From Gracilinanus agilis (lineage: Eukaryota): a stretch of DNA of 64,000 nucleotides. The stretch is taken from contig NC_058131.1 of the NCBI RefSeq assembly GCF_016433145.1, forward strand, positions 66,649,350 to 66,713,349. Reading direction: 5' to 3'. Of this stretch, positions 1-12,659 are shown one piece after another (position 1 is the stretch's first letter; every line of letters begins with the position of its first letter). Made by a program: the position numbers and the translations under genes. The notes beneath the pieces were generated by a model. The model had not been told where the DNA came from. It worked only from the letters and a program-made list of their open reading frames with translations, and did not search any database.

Positions 1-63
1 AAGGAAGGAAGGAAGGAAGGAAGGAAGGAAGGAAGGAAGGAAGGAAGGAAGGAAGGAAGGAAG
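1..63. repeat. (AAGG)n microsatellite, truncated by window start
   Basis: Perfect AAGG repeats from base 1. Confidence 0.98.
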
Positions 64-295
64 TGCCCTCAAGGATTTCACATTTTCTGGAGACATACAA
101 CATAACATAGGTAAATAAATATAATATAAATTCCATATATTTATTATTTCAAGAAATGCATACTAAAATGTGCAGAGTCAGATGAGACTTCCTGAAGGAG
201 GTGTTAACTGAGCTTTATGTTGAAGAAAATTAGGGATTTGAGAAAGCAGATATAATACAGAAGTGTGTTCTAGGCTTCAGGGACCACTTTCCCAA

Positions 296-540
296 CTAAG
301 TGATCCAGTGGATAGAGAGCGCTACATCTAGAGTCAACAAGACTGAAACTCAAATCCATCCTCAGACTTTAGACATTTACTGACAACTTTAGAAGGTTAC
401 TTAACCTCTTTTTGCCTGGGTTTTTATCAAATGAGGATAATGATGGCACCTATGTCTCAGGGTTGTTGTGAGAATCAGAGATAATATTTGGAGAGTGCTT
501 AGCCCAGTTTATGACACACAGAAGATGCTTAAACAAATCC
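296..540 (+). mobile_element. MIR (CORE-SINE) relic
   Basis: tRNA-like head (gtggatagagagcgct...ctcaaatcc), core (ttacttaacctct...aaatgaggataat...gggttgttgtgagaatc) and L2-like tail. Confidence 0.75.
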
Positions 541-574
541 TCTTTTTATTGTTAAATTTGCACTTTTATTAAAG

Positions 575-830
575 CTAGCATTTATATGACATTTTAAATT
601 TTGCAATGCACATTACATATGATAACATATTTGATTCCTACAACAAATCTATGAAGTAGTAGCTATTTTAATTATTTTATGGAAGAGGAAACTGAGGGAA
701 TGAGAAGTGAGATGGCTTGCGTAGGATGACACAGATAGTAGGTATCTAAGGCAGAATTTGAACTCAGGATTTTCTGACTCCAAGACTAGCTATCCTCTGT
801 GGCACCTAGATGCCTATTTACAGTCAGGAT
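575..830 (-). mobile_element. MIR relic
   Basis: Antisense core gaggaaactgag...gaatttgaactcagg...tgactccaag. Confidence 0.75.
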
Positions 831-1284
831 GCTCACTGGACATTGTGTCAACAACACAATCCATTTATAGTGTTAGAATTTTGCCTAACCATGTCTTATT
901 ATGTGTTTTTACCTCCCTCAAAATTTAATAGGATTCATTCCAAGAGAATTATATGTTGTGTGTGTGTGTTTTTTTTTACTTTGTGAGGATCACACTAATC
1001 AAAATCTACTTTGGACAGCAGGAGGCAATTGCCTTAGTGGTCTAGAATATTGGTTCAGTAGCAACCAATATGAATTAAACATTGATTTATAGTTTCTGAT
1101 TGTTTAATAACAACAGACATAACCAGTATTTCATCCCAAAAGATGATTATTTCATTTGGATGTTATTTATTCCTGGAAGTTATTATTATATGATATGGCT
1201 TTGGTTTGTATTTGAAATTTTGATTTTTCTAATTTTTACCCTCATGAGCAAACCTCTGGCTGAGTGAGAGACTCATAATTTCAT

Positions 1285-1465
1285 AATATTTAGAGTAAGA
1301 AAGAAGTTTAAAGTCCAGTCCAACCTCTTCATTTTATAAAAGAGGAAACTGAGACTCGAGATTTTTCTAAGATCTTACAAGTAGTACATATTTGTATGAT
1401 TGTATTAGTGTTTCACAAAAGTCAGGATTCCAACACAAACACATGTCTTCTGACACCATCTAATT
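1285..1465 (-). mobile_element. MIR/MIR3 relic
   Basis: ctcttcattttataaaagaggaaactgagactc antisense core. Confidence 0.65.
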
Positions 1466-3444
1466 CTCTTTTATACTGTACCTCCATGATTCTGAGGTTC
1501 AGAGATCTGAGATTCCTTTTTCCTCTTTTCAAGAGAGAACAACTTTGGGAAGAAGACAGCGGCCTTAGACTCCAGGGGCACTGTGCAAGTTGTAAATAGA
1601 ATAGCACATTTTGTTGGAGAAGTGAGAAGCATCCTGGGGCTGAAAGGCTCCAATTTTCTGGGGAGCAGAGAAAATAACTCACCAACTACAGTCTACAGTG
1701 AGACCCAAATCAATCTTGAATAATTATAAAAGAGGCTACATCTCCAGATTTAATTTTCTTCTTCAAAAGAAATAATATTTTTGCATTTTACATAGTTTGA
1801 AATTTGAGGTGTATTAAAGATTAGTCATATTCATTAAGTATAAAAGGCCAAAGGAAATTCTATTTTCTCCCATGATGAATAATGATGGCATCAGAGTGTT
1901 GGCCTAACTCGTATTTCACATTGACCCAATTCTCTTTAACTGAATGGGAAAGGATGGGGTCGGAATGCTGACCTTTGAAGTTTTCTGACTTAATTCTTTC
2001 AGGCGTCAAGGTGTTGTTTTTTGAGCTTTGCCAAATGCCATGGTCAAAGCCAAGGGGCAGCTGTCAAATATATCCATTTGAATTAAAGAGTTACAAGAGT
2101 CAATGAGTGAAATATACTCAGTTTCATGGGCTAAACTCAATCATTCTGTCCATACTATCTTTGCAGTTGATGTACTTTTGGAAGCTCCATTTAATATGAC
2201 CTTCTGATATTAGTCATTGATGACACTCCTGGCTAGAGACTGATAAAGACTGGTTTGGAAAAGAATTGTGCTAATGAAAAATGGCAAGAGTGAGTATGAT
2301 ATAAAAGATGACCCTCCTATTTTTATCTTCCTCTTTCTTCCAAAGATCTCCTTAAGTTGACATTCAAGGCCATTTAAAATCTGGGCCTTTTCCAGGGTGA
2401 CCTTTCAAGGTCAATCCCCCCCTCCTTTTTCTTGAGGAAACATAATTTTAAAATTCTTTGGAATTTCCTGCCTTTGTCCTTTTTTTTTATAGATTATCAG
2501 AATTATATTATACCTCACTTCTTTAGGAAATGAGAGGTATGGACTAAATGATCTCTAGGGCTCCTTCTGACTCCAAGTATTTCAATCCTATGAAAATAAA
2601 ATTGATGTTTTCTATTTTTTCCTAACAGGAAATAGAGAATAAATCAATAACTATAAAATGATGATTTGATAGGGTTTTGAGAACTAACTGGCATACAGAG
2701 GTTTGTTGTTCATGACTATCCTCCCAGTCCTGAGAACCATTTTACTGTATCATTGAGTTGGAAGGTAGATTTAAGTCATAATAGGAAGTTCTTAAAGAAA
2801 CACAGGTAGAATATGCAAAGAAAGACTCAAAAAAGAGAATGAGGGCAAAAGAAGATGAACAGCAGCAGCAGCAGCTGTGGAGATGATCCCTTGTCCTGCC
2901 AAGGACTTCATTTGCCAAAATGAATGGAACAGAGGCAGAGGGACAGCAGATGAAAAAAAGAAACTAAGAGGAGACAGCATTTTTGTAAAGAAGGGGAAGA
3001 TTGAGGATAGTCATTGGGCCCGGCAAGCTTCTCTGAATAGAGGACTAAGACCGATGTTAGAGTCAGTTTTTTCAAGGACTGAAGAAAGTTGCCCCTAAAA
3101 AAAGTCTGTTCTTTCTTCAACCTCAATTTCATGTTTCTATCTAGAATAGGATATAATAAAATACTCTACTGAATTCTTTAACCTCAATATATCTCATGCG
3201 TTCCTTTTTCTGTTAAATATTAAAGCAATCAGGGTTTAGTGATTAACAAAAATTTAAATTAGAGGAGAAAGTGAAGCTTATATCTAAAAGTTGAGACTTT
3301 TTCTAACTAGGGACTTTGAGCTGATAGAATTGTATTAATAACTTTCTTTCTATTATAAATACCATGGAATTAGAAAGGGACTACATGAACCTTAGGGCCA
3401 CTGTACTACCTCAAAGAGTTTGGAGGTCTTTTAAAAAATTGTGT

Positions 3445-3525
3445 AATTGTTTTTCAGTCATGTCTTACTCTTCGTTTCCCTGTTTGGGGTTTTCTTGGCA
3501 AGGATACTGAAGTGGTTTGCCATTT
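3445..3525 (-). mobile_element. Mar1 SINE 3' fragment
   Basis: ttcagtcatgtcttactcttc...ggggttttcttggcaaggatactgaagtggtttgccattt is the antisense RTE-derived Mar1 tail. Confidence 0.75.
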
Positions 3526-4384
3526 TAAATACTACTTCATTAAATGTTCAGATAGAATGAGCATAGAAAGAAGGCAGTGACCAGAAAAAAAGTTCACACC
3601 TAAACCCCTTCTCCCCCTAAAAATGGAATATAATAGCTATAGTAATAATTCATCACTGTTTCTGTCCAGTAGATAGAAGTTCTAAAATCGATGAAATACC
3701 AGCTGGAGAGCTCTATGACTGCCACAGTGACATAATTTCTCCTGGGTTTCTTAAGTCCAAAGAGTAAGAGAACTGTCACGGAGACTGTTTTTGTTGCTCA
3801 GGTTTGGGGGTCCTCCATCTTTTCATCTGTGCTCTGACAAATTGTGTGTTCCTCTAAAAAACTCCTCGCATGACTCAATTTTGCCTTTTGGCTCAAAGAG
3901 AAATGTAATCCCAAATGGGTCTCAGGAATGAGAAGAAAAGTTTGTTCCTACTAAATCAAGGATATTAGTCAGCTTTTAAACCTCTATTTCACCCACCTTC
4001 GAGGCATGAAACTTCTTCCACGATGAGTTCTATGAACATCCCTATCATTAGCGATCTTCTCCTTTTCTGTACCGTACAGTTTTGGTCATGAGTGAAAAGA
4101 ATTGAGTCAAGCGCTCTTGTCAATTCCCCATTGGACAGGAGGTTGGAAAGGATAAACTTTTATGCTTTTATCTTCCTGTTGTGAAGATGATATAGGAAAT
4201 GAAGAAGGGCGGTAGCCTGGGAAATTGACACATTGTTAATGTTGATAAATGCCTGACGATTTATTTCTACTATACTGAATATGTTACATAACTATGCCTG
4301 CATATGTATATATACACAGCGATGTGCTAATAAATGTTTAACAAATAGTTCACAAAAATATAATCCTGATAATTATAATATTTT

Positions 4385-4735
4385 TAATTAATTTTCTGTA
4401 TTACATGTCAACCCAATTTTTTAAATATTCAATTCCTGACATTTTGCAATGCATGTACTCTCTCCCTCTCATCCCTCCCTTTACCCAAGAAGGGAGGTAA
4501 TATGATATTTGATATATATGTATATATATAATATTATCATATAATATATATTTCCACATTCATCATGTTGTGAAACAAGAGTCATATTGCTTTCACTAGA
4601 GAAAAATTCCTGAAGAAAATAAAGCAAAGAATGGTATTTTTAATTAGCATTCAGATGTTCCTTTAATGGCAATGGATTTCCATTTTTTGTCATGTGTCTC
4701 TTGGAGTTGTCCTGGATCATTGACAAATCATGACA
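4385..4735 (-). mobile_element. old L1 3' UTR fragment
   Basis: Antisense marsupial L1 3' end pattern (tctctccctctcatccctccc...catgtgtctcttggagttgtcctggatcattg). Confidence 0.65.
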
Positions 4736-4934
4736 CTTTAAAATTTAATCTCCATTATTAATATTATCTTCATTACTTTTTCTATCTAAACCATCAACAA
4801 CAAAACAATAAATCAAGCTCTGATTTGTAGATTTGCTATTCATGAGGTGCAAGTGTTCACATTGAAAATTTAACTATTGGCTCTTGAAAGTACATATGAA
4901 CTGACTCCAGCACAACCCTGGATAGGTGCACAAA

Positions 4935-5140
4935 TATTTATATGTGTGCATATATTCATATCCATGCATGTACGGAAATAGATGATAGATATATCAATAC
5001 ATAAATACATATATATGTAGATCCATATAGATATGGATCTACACATTCAGATATTGATAGAGATCAATGATAGATAGAGAGAGAGCTAGATAGATGGATA
5101 TGAATATGGATATGTCTACTGATAAATGTGTATGTGTGTC
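4935..5140. repeat. degenerate (AT)/(GATA) low-complexity tract
   Basis: atag/atat/tgtg runs. Confidence 0.8.
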
Positions 5141-5469
5141 TTTTGTCAGTATATTAAGAAAAAAAATATTGCCAAGTAAAGGGACAAAAGGGGGAGGACT
5201 TAATAGGATGGGAGTTGACACTTTTATCTGATTGGTAGAAACACTAATGTATATCCTAGACATAGAAAAATGGTTATATCACCCAGGGAGAACAAACGGA
5301 TGAGCCACTGCCAGCCACATTAAGATCAAGAGAGCTGAAGAAGGAACTTTGAAATTATTCCCAGAATTGGATATGTATACAAGAGAAGTTACTGAGCCTG
5401 TGTTGGATAGGTGCATGCATTTGGTCCTCCTGGCTATTGAAAAGAACCAGACACTGATAATAAGACTTT

Positions 5470-5540
5470 CTACAATCAATCAATCAATATTAGGCACCTA
5501 CTATATATCAGGCACTGTTCTAAGGGCTGTCATATGAGGA
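5470..5540 (+). mobile_element. L2 3' tail
   Basis: caatcaatcaatcaatattaggcacctactatatatcaggcactgttctaagggctg matches the L2 terminus. Confidence 0.7.
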
Positions 5541-6939
5541 AGGGGATTTTATTTTAATATAATAAATATTTCAAAATCACATATGATTGTATTTATACAA
5601 ATATCAGTTAAGAGAGAAAATGCATGTGACAAAAAGCCACACGGTGATTCAGTAAAATAAACACAGTAATACTTTTTAATGAAATTGCTTCATTAATCAA
5701 ATATATATATATATATTTAAAAATAATCATCTATGTTATAAATTCATGAAACATTGACTCAGCTTACAGAAGTAATGCTTACTTATATTGAGTCACTGTA
5801 TATTTTTTGAAAGATAAAGATAAAAATAACAATTCTTGTTTACATATAAATTTTTTTCATGTTTTATAATAAATACAAATCCCTCCTCTTGTCTGTGCTC
5901 CAAAGAATGATAATAAGTAGACTGGATGCCCACTTCCATCTTTAGCCCCTATTCTTTTTACTAAAATAACTCTCCTAAGTTTAACTATCTATCCCCTAAG
6001 GTAATGGAAAGCTCTAACATTCTATGTCCTAGTGTTCTAAAGTCACTTCCAGATAAAACTCTTCATTTTAGAGGCCTTTTCAGTTCTAACACTCACTTAA
6101 CCTCCGTCAATCTCAATTCCTTCATAAACTAAAGAAGAAGTTTGAACAGTATATTTTCTGGTTCCCTTCCACTTTTAATGTCAAGATCCTCTTGGGAAAA
6201 AAAAATTGTTGTATGAGTATTTCCTTTGTCAGTTAGCAATGGAATTCCAGTGCATAAAAATATTTGTAAAATTAATTTATAATAAAAAGACTGCTTCATA
6301 ATGATGACCAATCCTTTTCCAAATTAAAATGTAATTATGCATAATTTTGTGTATGTGTGTATAAATGTACATAGAATTTGATAGTTTGGCAAAAATTCTA
6401 ATTGAAACTAAAAATAAATCCATAGTCCCCTTTCTCTTATATCCTTGTGTGGGATTCTCATTGAATACCCCCTCCTCTAACAGGCCAGTGAATGTGGGAA
6501 TTGTGTAAAGGCAATTTTATTATTGATTTTTTATTAGAAGTAGTATTTCTTGTTTGAACAGCAAACTCTGCAAGGGACTATGGGTTTCTAGTGTCCACTG
6601 GGTAATTAAGACCAAGGTTATGAAAGTTTGAAGTTGTTTACTTCTTCTTTGTAATTCCGGTGATGACCATCCATTACTGGCCCAGTGAAGACCAACTTCA
6701 TAGCATTTTTCCCTCTTTACTTTATGTTGTTACTTATAATTTTAGTAATTTGTAGTCAAATAGTCAAAGCTTAGTTTGAATAAGGTAAAAAAGAAATGAA
6801 TTCTACTCATTGTTTCACTAAGAATTAAATTCATTCAATGAATTTGTCTATTTTCCTAATGCTAGGGAAATTAATGAATTTGTCTATTTTTTCAGTGCTA
6901 GGAATGATTATTTACTTGTTTTTAAAATCACATAATTTC

Positions 6940-7390
6940 CACTTGAGATATCATAGCTAAGTTAGAATTAGTGATTTCATTTCACTCTCACCTTAATTCA
7001 ATAAACTCCAATGGCTTCCTATTACCTCCAAGATCAAATGAAAAACACTCTGTTTGGAATCTTTAAAGGCCTTCACAACCTGGCTTCTCTTTACTACTCT
7101 ATTCTTATACTTTATTACTTTCCATGTTTTCCACAATCCAGTAATAATGGCCTAATTGTTGCTTCTTTATGCATAGAACCATATGTCCTGACTTTAACTT
7201 ACTATCTCCGGTGCCCAGAATGTTGTTCCTCTTCACCTTTGTTTGCTGGCTTCCCTGTGTTGTTTTTTTTTTTTTCAAGATTTAGATCAATTCCCACTTT
7301 CTGAAGAAGATCCTTTCCTGGTTCCTAAACACTCCATTTCCAAATGCTAGTGCCTTCCCTTTGAATTAACTTCCAATTAAATTTGTGTAT
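6940..7390 (+). mobile_element. L2 fragment
   Basis: aaactccaatggcttcctattacctc...aaaggccttcacaacctggc...cccagaatgttgttcctc, typical L2 3' region. Confidence 0.65.
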
Positions 7391-7391
7391 T

Positions 7392-7550
7392 TGGACTTGG
7401 AGTTAAGAAGACAAGCAAATCTAGTCTCAGGCATTTACTCACTATGTGACCCTGGGCAAGTCACTTAACCTCTGGCTATTTCAGTTTCTTTATCTGTAAC
7501 AATGGTACCCACCTTCCAAGATTATTGTGAGGAAAAATAATGTAATGGTG
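7392..7550 (+). mobile_element. MIR relic
   Basis: tgtgaccctgggcaagtcacttaacctct...tttctttatctgtaa core. Confidence 0.8.
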
Positions 7551-7732
7551 AGTTTAGACATGATGATCTTGTTCTGGGAAAAGCAACTTATTCCCTGGAG
7601 CTAAGATCATGCAGAGCAGCAGAGGCAAAGTAGAGATATTGGGAAGAATTTGATACTCTGCCTTCCATTCCTCCAAACAGATTGGAGAGAGGGCTAGAAG
7701 AGTGTATATCCTTGAAAACTTGAATTAAGAAG

Positions 7733-7930
7733 TGGCAGCTAGGTGGTTCAATGGAGTGAGAGTCAGACCTAGAGACAGGAGGTCCTGAGTTCAAAATTGA
7801 CTTCAGATTCTTCCTGCCTGTGTGACAATGGGCAGGTCAATTAACCCCAGTGGCCTTGTTCTTACCACTTTTCTACCTTGGTACTAATATGCAGTCTTGA
7901 TCTAAGATAGAATATAGGAGTTTAAAAAGA
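7733..7930 (+). mobile_element. SINE1_Mdo-like SINE (diverged)
   Basis: gcagctaggtgg...tcagacctagagacaggaggtcctgagttcaaa...cttaccacttttctaccttgg...ttgatctaagatagaa...aaaaagaaa. Confidence 0.8.
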
Positions 7931-7944
7931 AACTTGAGTTAACA

Positions 7945-8200
7945 TCATAGTAGCAAGGTAAGAGAGAGTGCCATGTCCGGAGTCAGGAAGACTCATCTTC
8001 TTGACCTCAAATCTAGACTCAGACCCTTAATATCTGTATAACACTGGGGAAGTCACCTAACCCTATTTGTTTCAGTTTCCTCATCTTCCAAATGATCTGG
8101 AGAAGGAAATAGCAAACCATTCCAGTCTTTGCCAAGAAATCCTCCCAGAAAAAAAGAGGTCACAAAGAGTCAGATATTACTGCAAAAAGACTAAACAGCA
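7945..8200 (+). mobile_element. Mar1 SINE
   Basis: MIR core followed by ggagaaggaaatagcaaaccattccagtctttgccaagaaa...ggtcacaaagagtcaga. Confidence 0.85.
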
Positions 8201-8226
8201 GTATGGTGATAAGTTTAGAAGTAATG

Positions 8227-8422
8227 NNNNNNNNNNNNNNNNNNNNNNNNNNNNNNNNNNNNNNNNNNNNNNNNNNNNNNNNNNNNNNNNNNNNNNNNNN
8301 NNNNNNNNNNNNNNNNNNNNNNNNNNNNNNNNNNNNNNNNNNNNNNNNNNNNNNNNNNNNNNNNNNNNNNNNNNNNNNNNNNNNNNNNNNNNNNNNNNNN
8401 NNNNNNNNNNNNNNNNNNNNNN
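8227..8422. other. assembly gap (196 N)
   Basis: N run, followed by a GATA-like simple repeat. Confidence 1.
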
Positions 8423-8492
8423 AGATAGGTAGCTAGACAAAAAGATAGAGATATTTAGATAGAAGGACCAAGAGAGATAGATAATTTCCATC

Positions 8493-8528
8493 TTAATTAC
8501 TATTATTATTATTATTATTATTATTATT
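8493..8528. repeat. (TTA)n microsatellite
   Basis: tattattatt run. Confidence 0.9.
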
Positions 8529-8559
8529 CCATTTCATAGCTTCCATGCACATAGTTGTT

Positions 8560-8785
8560 TGCATGCTGTCTTCTTCTTTAGTTTCTTGATGGCAGGAATC
8601 ATGTTTTTAGCTTTCTTTATATCCTCAGTGTTTAGCACGGTGCTTGATATAGTTAATCAATAAGTATTTTTTAGACCAGGCACCATGCTAAAGTGTTGGG
8701 GATACAAAGAAAGACAAAATAAAGCAAAACAATAAAAACAGTTCCTGCCCATACGGATCACTCAATCTAAGGAGGCAAATAACAT
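8560..8785. mobile_element. two opposed L2 3' tails
   Basis: tcctcagtgtttagcacggtgcttga (one orientation), then caataagtattt...ccaggcaccatgctaaagtgttggggatacaaag (the other). Confidence 0.6.
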
Positions 8786-9295
8786 AGTTGTTGTTTGTTT
8801 TTCCTTTTGAAAAGAACTAATAACATCACAGAAGTTCTTGACTTGTGGGTGAAATGGAAACAAGTGAGGCAGAATTGCTCAAGGTCATCAGCTTCTTTCT
8901 TCCAAAGTTATCAAAATCCAGTGGCAAGACAAAAGTCAGGGCCACTGGCAATGTCTTGGAATGCAATGGATGGATGATCTTGGCATCTTCCATGTCTGAT
9001 CACAGTCTAAGCCTTCCTCTTAACCTGCTTCAGCTGCCTTCATGGTGGGGACAGTCTTCAGATGCCTAGAGTAGACACCCCCCAAAAAAAATCATCAACA
9101 GTCTGTCAGTTATCTTCAACCTGATTTAATTTACCTGCTGAGACAGTTCTACCAGTATATTGCCACTGTGCATACTAAAGCTTTTTGAAGCCACAAGTGA
9201 GAATTGGGATAAAGCTGAATACAAAAGGTGGATAAGCAGCCCTGAAAAGGGTTAAGTAACTATACCAGAAGTGAAAGTCCTCCCTGAGCTCCCCA
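8786..9295 (+). mobile_element. WallSI3/4-like RTE-related SINE
   Basis: Starts gttgttgtttg..; aagtgaggcagaattg...ccagtggcaagacaaaagtc...cagctgccttcatgg...gagtagacacccccc...ccctgaaaaggg. The same motifs recur at 13.5, 26.5 and 39.5 kb. Confidence 0.7.
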
Positions 9296-9944
9296 GGTAC
9301 ACCAACATAGTATGCACTTAATAAATGTTTGTTGACTGATTGACTTTGCCCTAATCCTTCCTGACTCTCACTGTCTTAAGGGAATTTTGAATTAGAAGTA
9401 AACTTTCATGTGTTAGATCTACCCACATCAAATAGTTGTTAATTGTAGAGAACACACTATCCAGTGTGATCTCTTTGCTGTGCCTCCCACAAGTCCTGTT
9501 ATCTCCCAATTCAAGCATGTTCATTGACTATCCCTCATGGCTGGAGTAAATTTTGAAGTTGTAAAATAATGGGGTTAGAGTAAATGGTCTTTGAGATGCC
9601 TTCTAGCTCTATGTCCTTAAATCTATGGTTCTAAGTAATTTTTCATATCGTCCAAATTTCCATTTTGGCAAAATAAAGTGATTTCAAAGGGATCATTCAG
9701 TCTAATATTTTGTATTCTGTTGGGTAACTTTAGAAAGACAGATTGGAAAAATGGATTTTAGAATGAAAAGATTGGGTTAGAAATTTCTAAAATCTTTCCT
9801 TTGCTACTTAGAGGACCTTGGTGGAATCCCTTCACTTCTCTAGGTCTCTTGGGTCCCTTCCAGAACTGAAACCTATATATTGTATGATCCTCAGTCAGTT
9901 AAGCTTTCTGGGACATCTATAAAAATAAGGGTCTAATAATCTAG

Positions 9945-10160
9945 ATTCAGATTCTTAATGTGGAGCTTGTGGACCCCTTATCTATCATGTGGATAGATTT
10001 CAGGTGTTTTGTGAACTTATACGGGGGCAATAACATCCTGAATTTTACTTGTCTTGGGTTTTCTTTGAATAGCCATATATTTTATTTTATGCATTAAAAA
10101 CAGAGCTCTGAGAGGGGATACATAGGATTCCCTCAATTGCCAAAGGTGAACTCCTAGTAT
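9945..10160. mobile_element. hAT-Charlie (Charlie4-like) non-autonomous relic
   Basis: ttcttaatgtggagcttgtggacccc...tattttattttatgcattaaaaac...tctgagagggg; the related sequence occurs in the opposite orientation at 63.8-64.0 kb. Confidence 0.55.
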
Positions 10161-11129
10161 AGACAATTTCTAAGATTCCTTCTTTTCTAGTGTTGTATAT
10201 TCCAACAATCTATGGTCTAAGATGCTTTTAAAGCACTAATATTAAGTATTCCAGATATGTTCTTCTAAAGGTCTTTCCAGATGTAACATTCTGTGTTGCA
10301 AGGTCACGTCTACCTGTGACATTCTTTGATTCTATGAATTCATGGTAACTAAAATTAAGTTATAACATTAAAGCTAGACATTGGAGCTAGCTGTTGCCCA
10401 GACAATGAGGCTGCCTATTTCCAACCAGGGATCCAAGCTGCAAGAGCCTGATTTATTATTAATGGTGATAATTAATAATATTATTTATAAAGAGCCTTCT
10501 CCTGCAGCTCTCAGCACACTACGCAGATTAAAAAGTCATGAAATAAATATGGAAAAAAGGATAAAATATTAAAAGGCTCAAGGAGGTAACTCAATGTCTC
10601 CCACAAGGGGAGCAATATTGAGTTAGGCAGGGACAAGGCTGAAAGTTGAATGGTCAACAGCCTAAGTCCTTCTATTTGACTGAATCATTAGGAAACTTAG
10701 GGAGAATGAGACTAACTTTTTTCCCCTTTACCATAGGAATATAAAGCAATAGGACTGTAAAAGAGATAACCTAAAGCACACTTTTTTTTTCATCTTCTAC
10801 TCCAGATATTTTGGCATGTCAATAAAACTTCCATAATGTAATCAAGGCTTCTTCTGTTTTGGAATGTTAGCAAGCAGTGGAATTTGTCTTCAGGTCAAGT
10901 AACTTTGGATTCTGAAACCAAAATATCTTTGATTCCTTGTCATTAAAAGAAGCAAGATATTTAGATCAATGTACCTCCTCTTATTTTAATGAAGAAAACT
11001 GAAGTTTTTCTTCAAAGACCAAAGTGGGTCAGGGGCTCATCTAGCATCCCATTGCCTAGTGTCAGCAATTATATCATGGCCTTAATGGTTTTGGATACTT
11101 GATCATTTAGGGATCATGGGACAAATGGA

Positions 11130-11335
11130 GTAAATCTTGAACAAAGATCCTAGAATGAGAAGAAACAGATTTTAGTCCTACTTTTGCTGTTTCATGAGCA
11201 TATAACTTTCAGCCTCAATTTCCTCATCAGAAAAATGGGGAAAATAGAGCTTGTATATTATAGGATTGTGGTGTAGGAGGTACTTTGTAAACTTTAACAT
11301 GAGTATAAAAACCTGAGTTCATGTTACTGTCATTA
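11130..11335 (+). mobile_element. MIR relic
   Basis: cagcctcaatttcctcatcagaaaaatgggg...ggattgtggtg core. Confidence 0.65.
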
Positions 11336-12659
11336 TTATTGTATGTATATTGAAAAGAACACAAGAATAGAAAGGATTGCATAGGTTATTAATGGGAAAA
11401 ATCCCCACCAACAATGACAGCTACATCTGTCTTTGGACATCATAATCTTCCAACTGTACCAAACATAAGGACATTCCCTCTCTTCCTCCTTCCTGACACA
11501 TAAATACAATTCTTAAGTTAGAAATGTTCTTTCTTTAGACCTCCCATTGCACTTGGAACTTAGTTTGATTTCAATTGCATATCTATGTGTGTATATATTC
11601 CATTACCCTCCTGGGCCAGAAGGACAGGACATATGTCTTATTCATCTCTGTATTGACCTAATACAGTCCTCTGTACATATCAGACATTTTTCACCCCTTT
11701 CTTAAGGATTGATAATCAAATCAACATTATCTCTGTTATTGTGATGGGCATGGTAATCTACTGGTCTACAATTCTGCAGAGAATCCATGTGCTTCTGATC
11801 TTGATGTGGCTTAGGCAAGAGTTCCCTTCTCTGACCACCCCTGTTTACACCCTGATGAACATCCATGTTACCCCTATCTCTCTGTTATCCTTATCCCACT
11901 CTCATCAAATCTTCCATAGGTTTTTGTCCCTCTCTCAAGTATATCCCTTTGTAAGGCTATACCTTGATATGTAGTTGAGAGACAATGCGGTCTCTTACAT
12001 TGTTTGGGTTGAGAAATTGCCTTTGAAACAAATCATCCCATAACCCTTCTGTACCCCCACTCGACTCTGAGAGACAATGGTAAAGACCCATGTTGGTAAA
12101 GGTGTGAAAAGTTACCTAAGCATGCTGGAGGGGGCTGCTCAGTTTCCCCTATCCACTGCTCCATTTCCTCTGACCAGCAGCTGAATGCAAGCACTTCTTC
12201 CTTCCACTGTCTATAGAGTGATGCAGGGGGACTCACAAGAACTTTGAAAGTGCAGCTTGGGCAAGCAATCTCAAAAATGTTTGCTAATGCTGCTATAGAC
12301 AAATTACTGGTATGAATCAGGAGAGGAAAATTCTATGCTAGAAGCTTTCCTTAGAAGTGATTTCCAAGAATTCCAATCTTGCCTCACTTCCCCCACCAAA
12401 AGAAAATAATCCCTGACTATAGGGGGAAAAGAAAAAATGAATAAATTAATGGTCATACCCATATATAATGAAAAAGTAACTTATAACTGATTTCATTTAG
12501 TTTATTGCTATTGCTGTTTTTAATAGAGGATTAATGTTCAGCTTGTACTCTTAAAATTAAGGAAAAGGAATAAAGTATTTGATTCAATAAATACTAGAAA
12601 CAATAATAGAAAGAATCCTCTTGTAAATGAGTGCCTATGCATATTAACAATGAGGATCA

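Noticed and set aside
1995-2110. Plus-strand acceptor (ttctttcag at about 2002) as an exon start
   Set aside because: No convincing donor or open frame downstream.
2860-2877. (CAG)n run suggesting polyQ/polyA coding sequence
   Set aside because: Only about 5 units; surrounding ORFs are short with no homology or exon boundaries.
4135-4182. Possible pre-miRNA hairpin (acagga...gataaa/tttatc...tcctgt)
   Set aside because: Stem is short and heavily bulged; too weak to call without folding or small-RNA data.
6837-6905. Two-copy 36-bp tandem duplication
   Set aside because: Real but ordinary slippage in AT-rich DNA.
8067-8491. ORFs containing long X runs (also 12970-13489 and 36708-36983)
   Set aside because: Artefacts of N gaps read through without stops.
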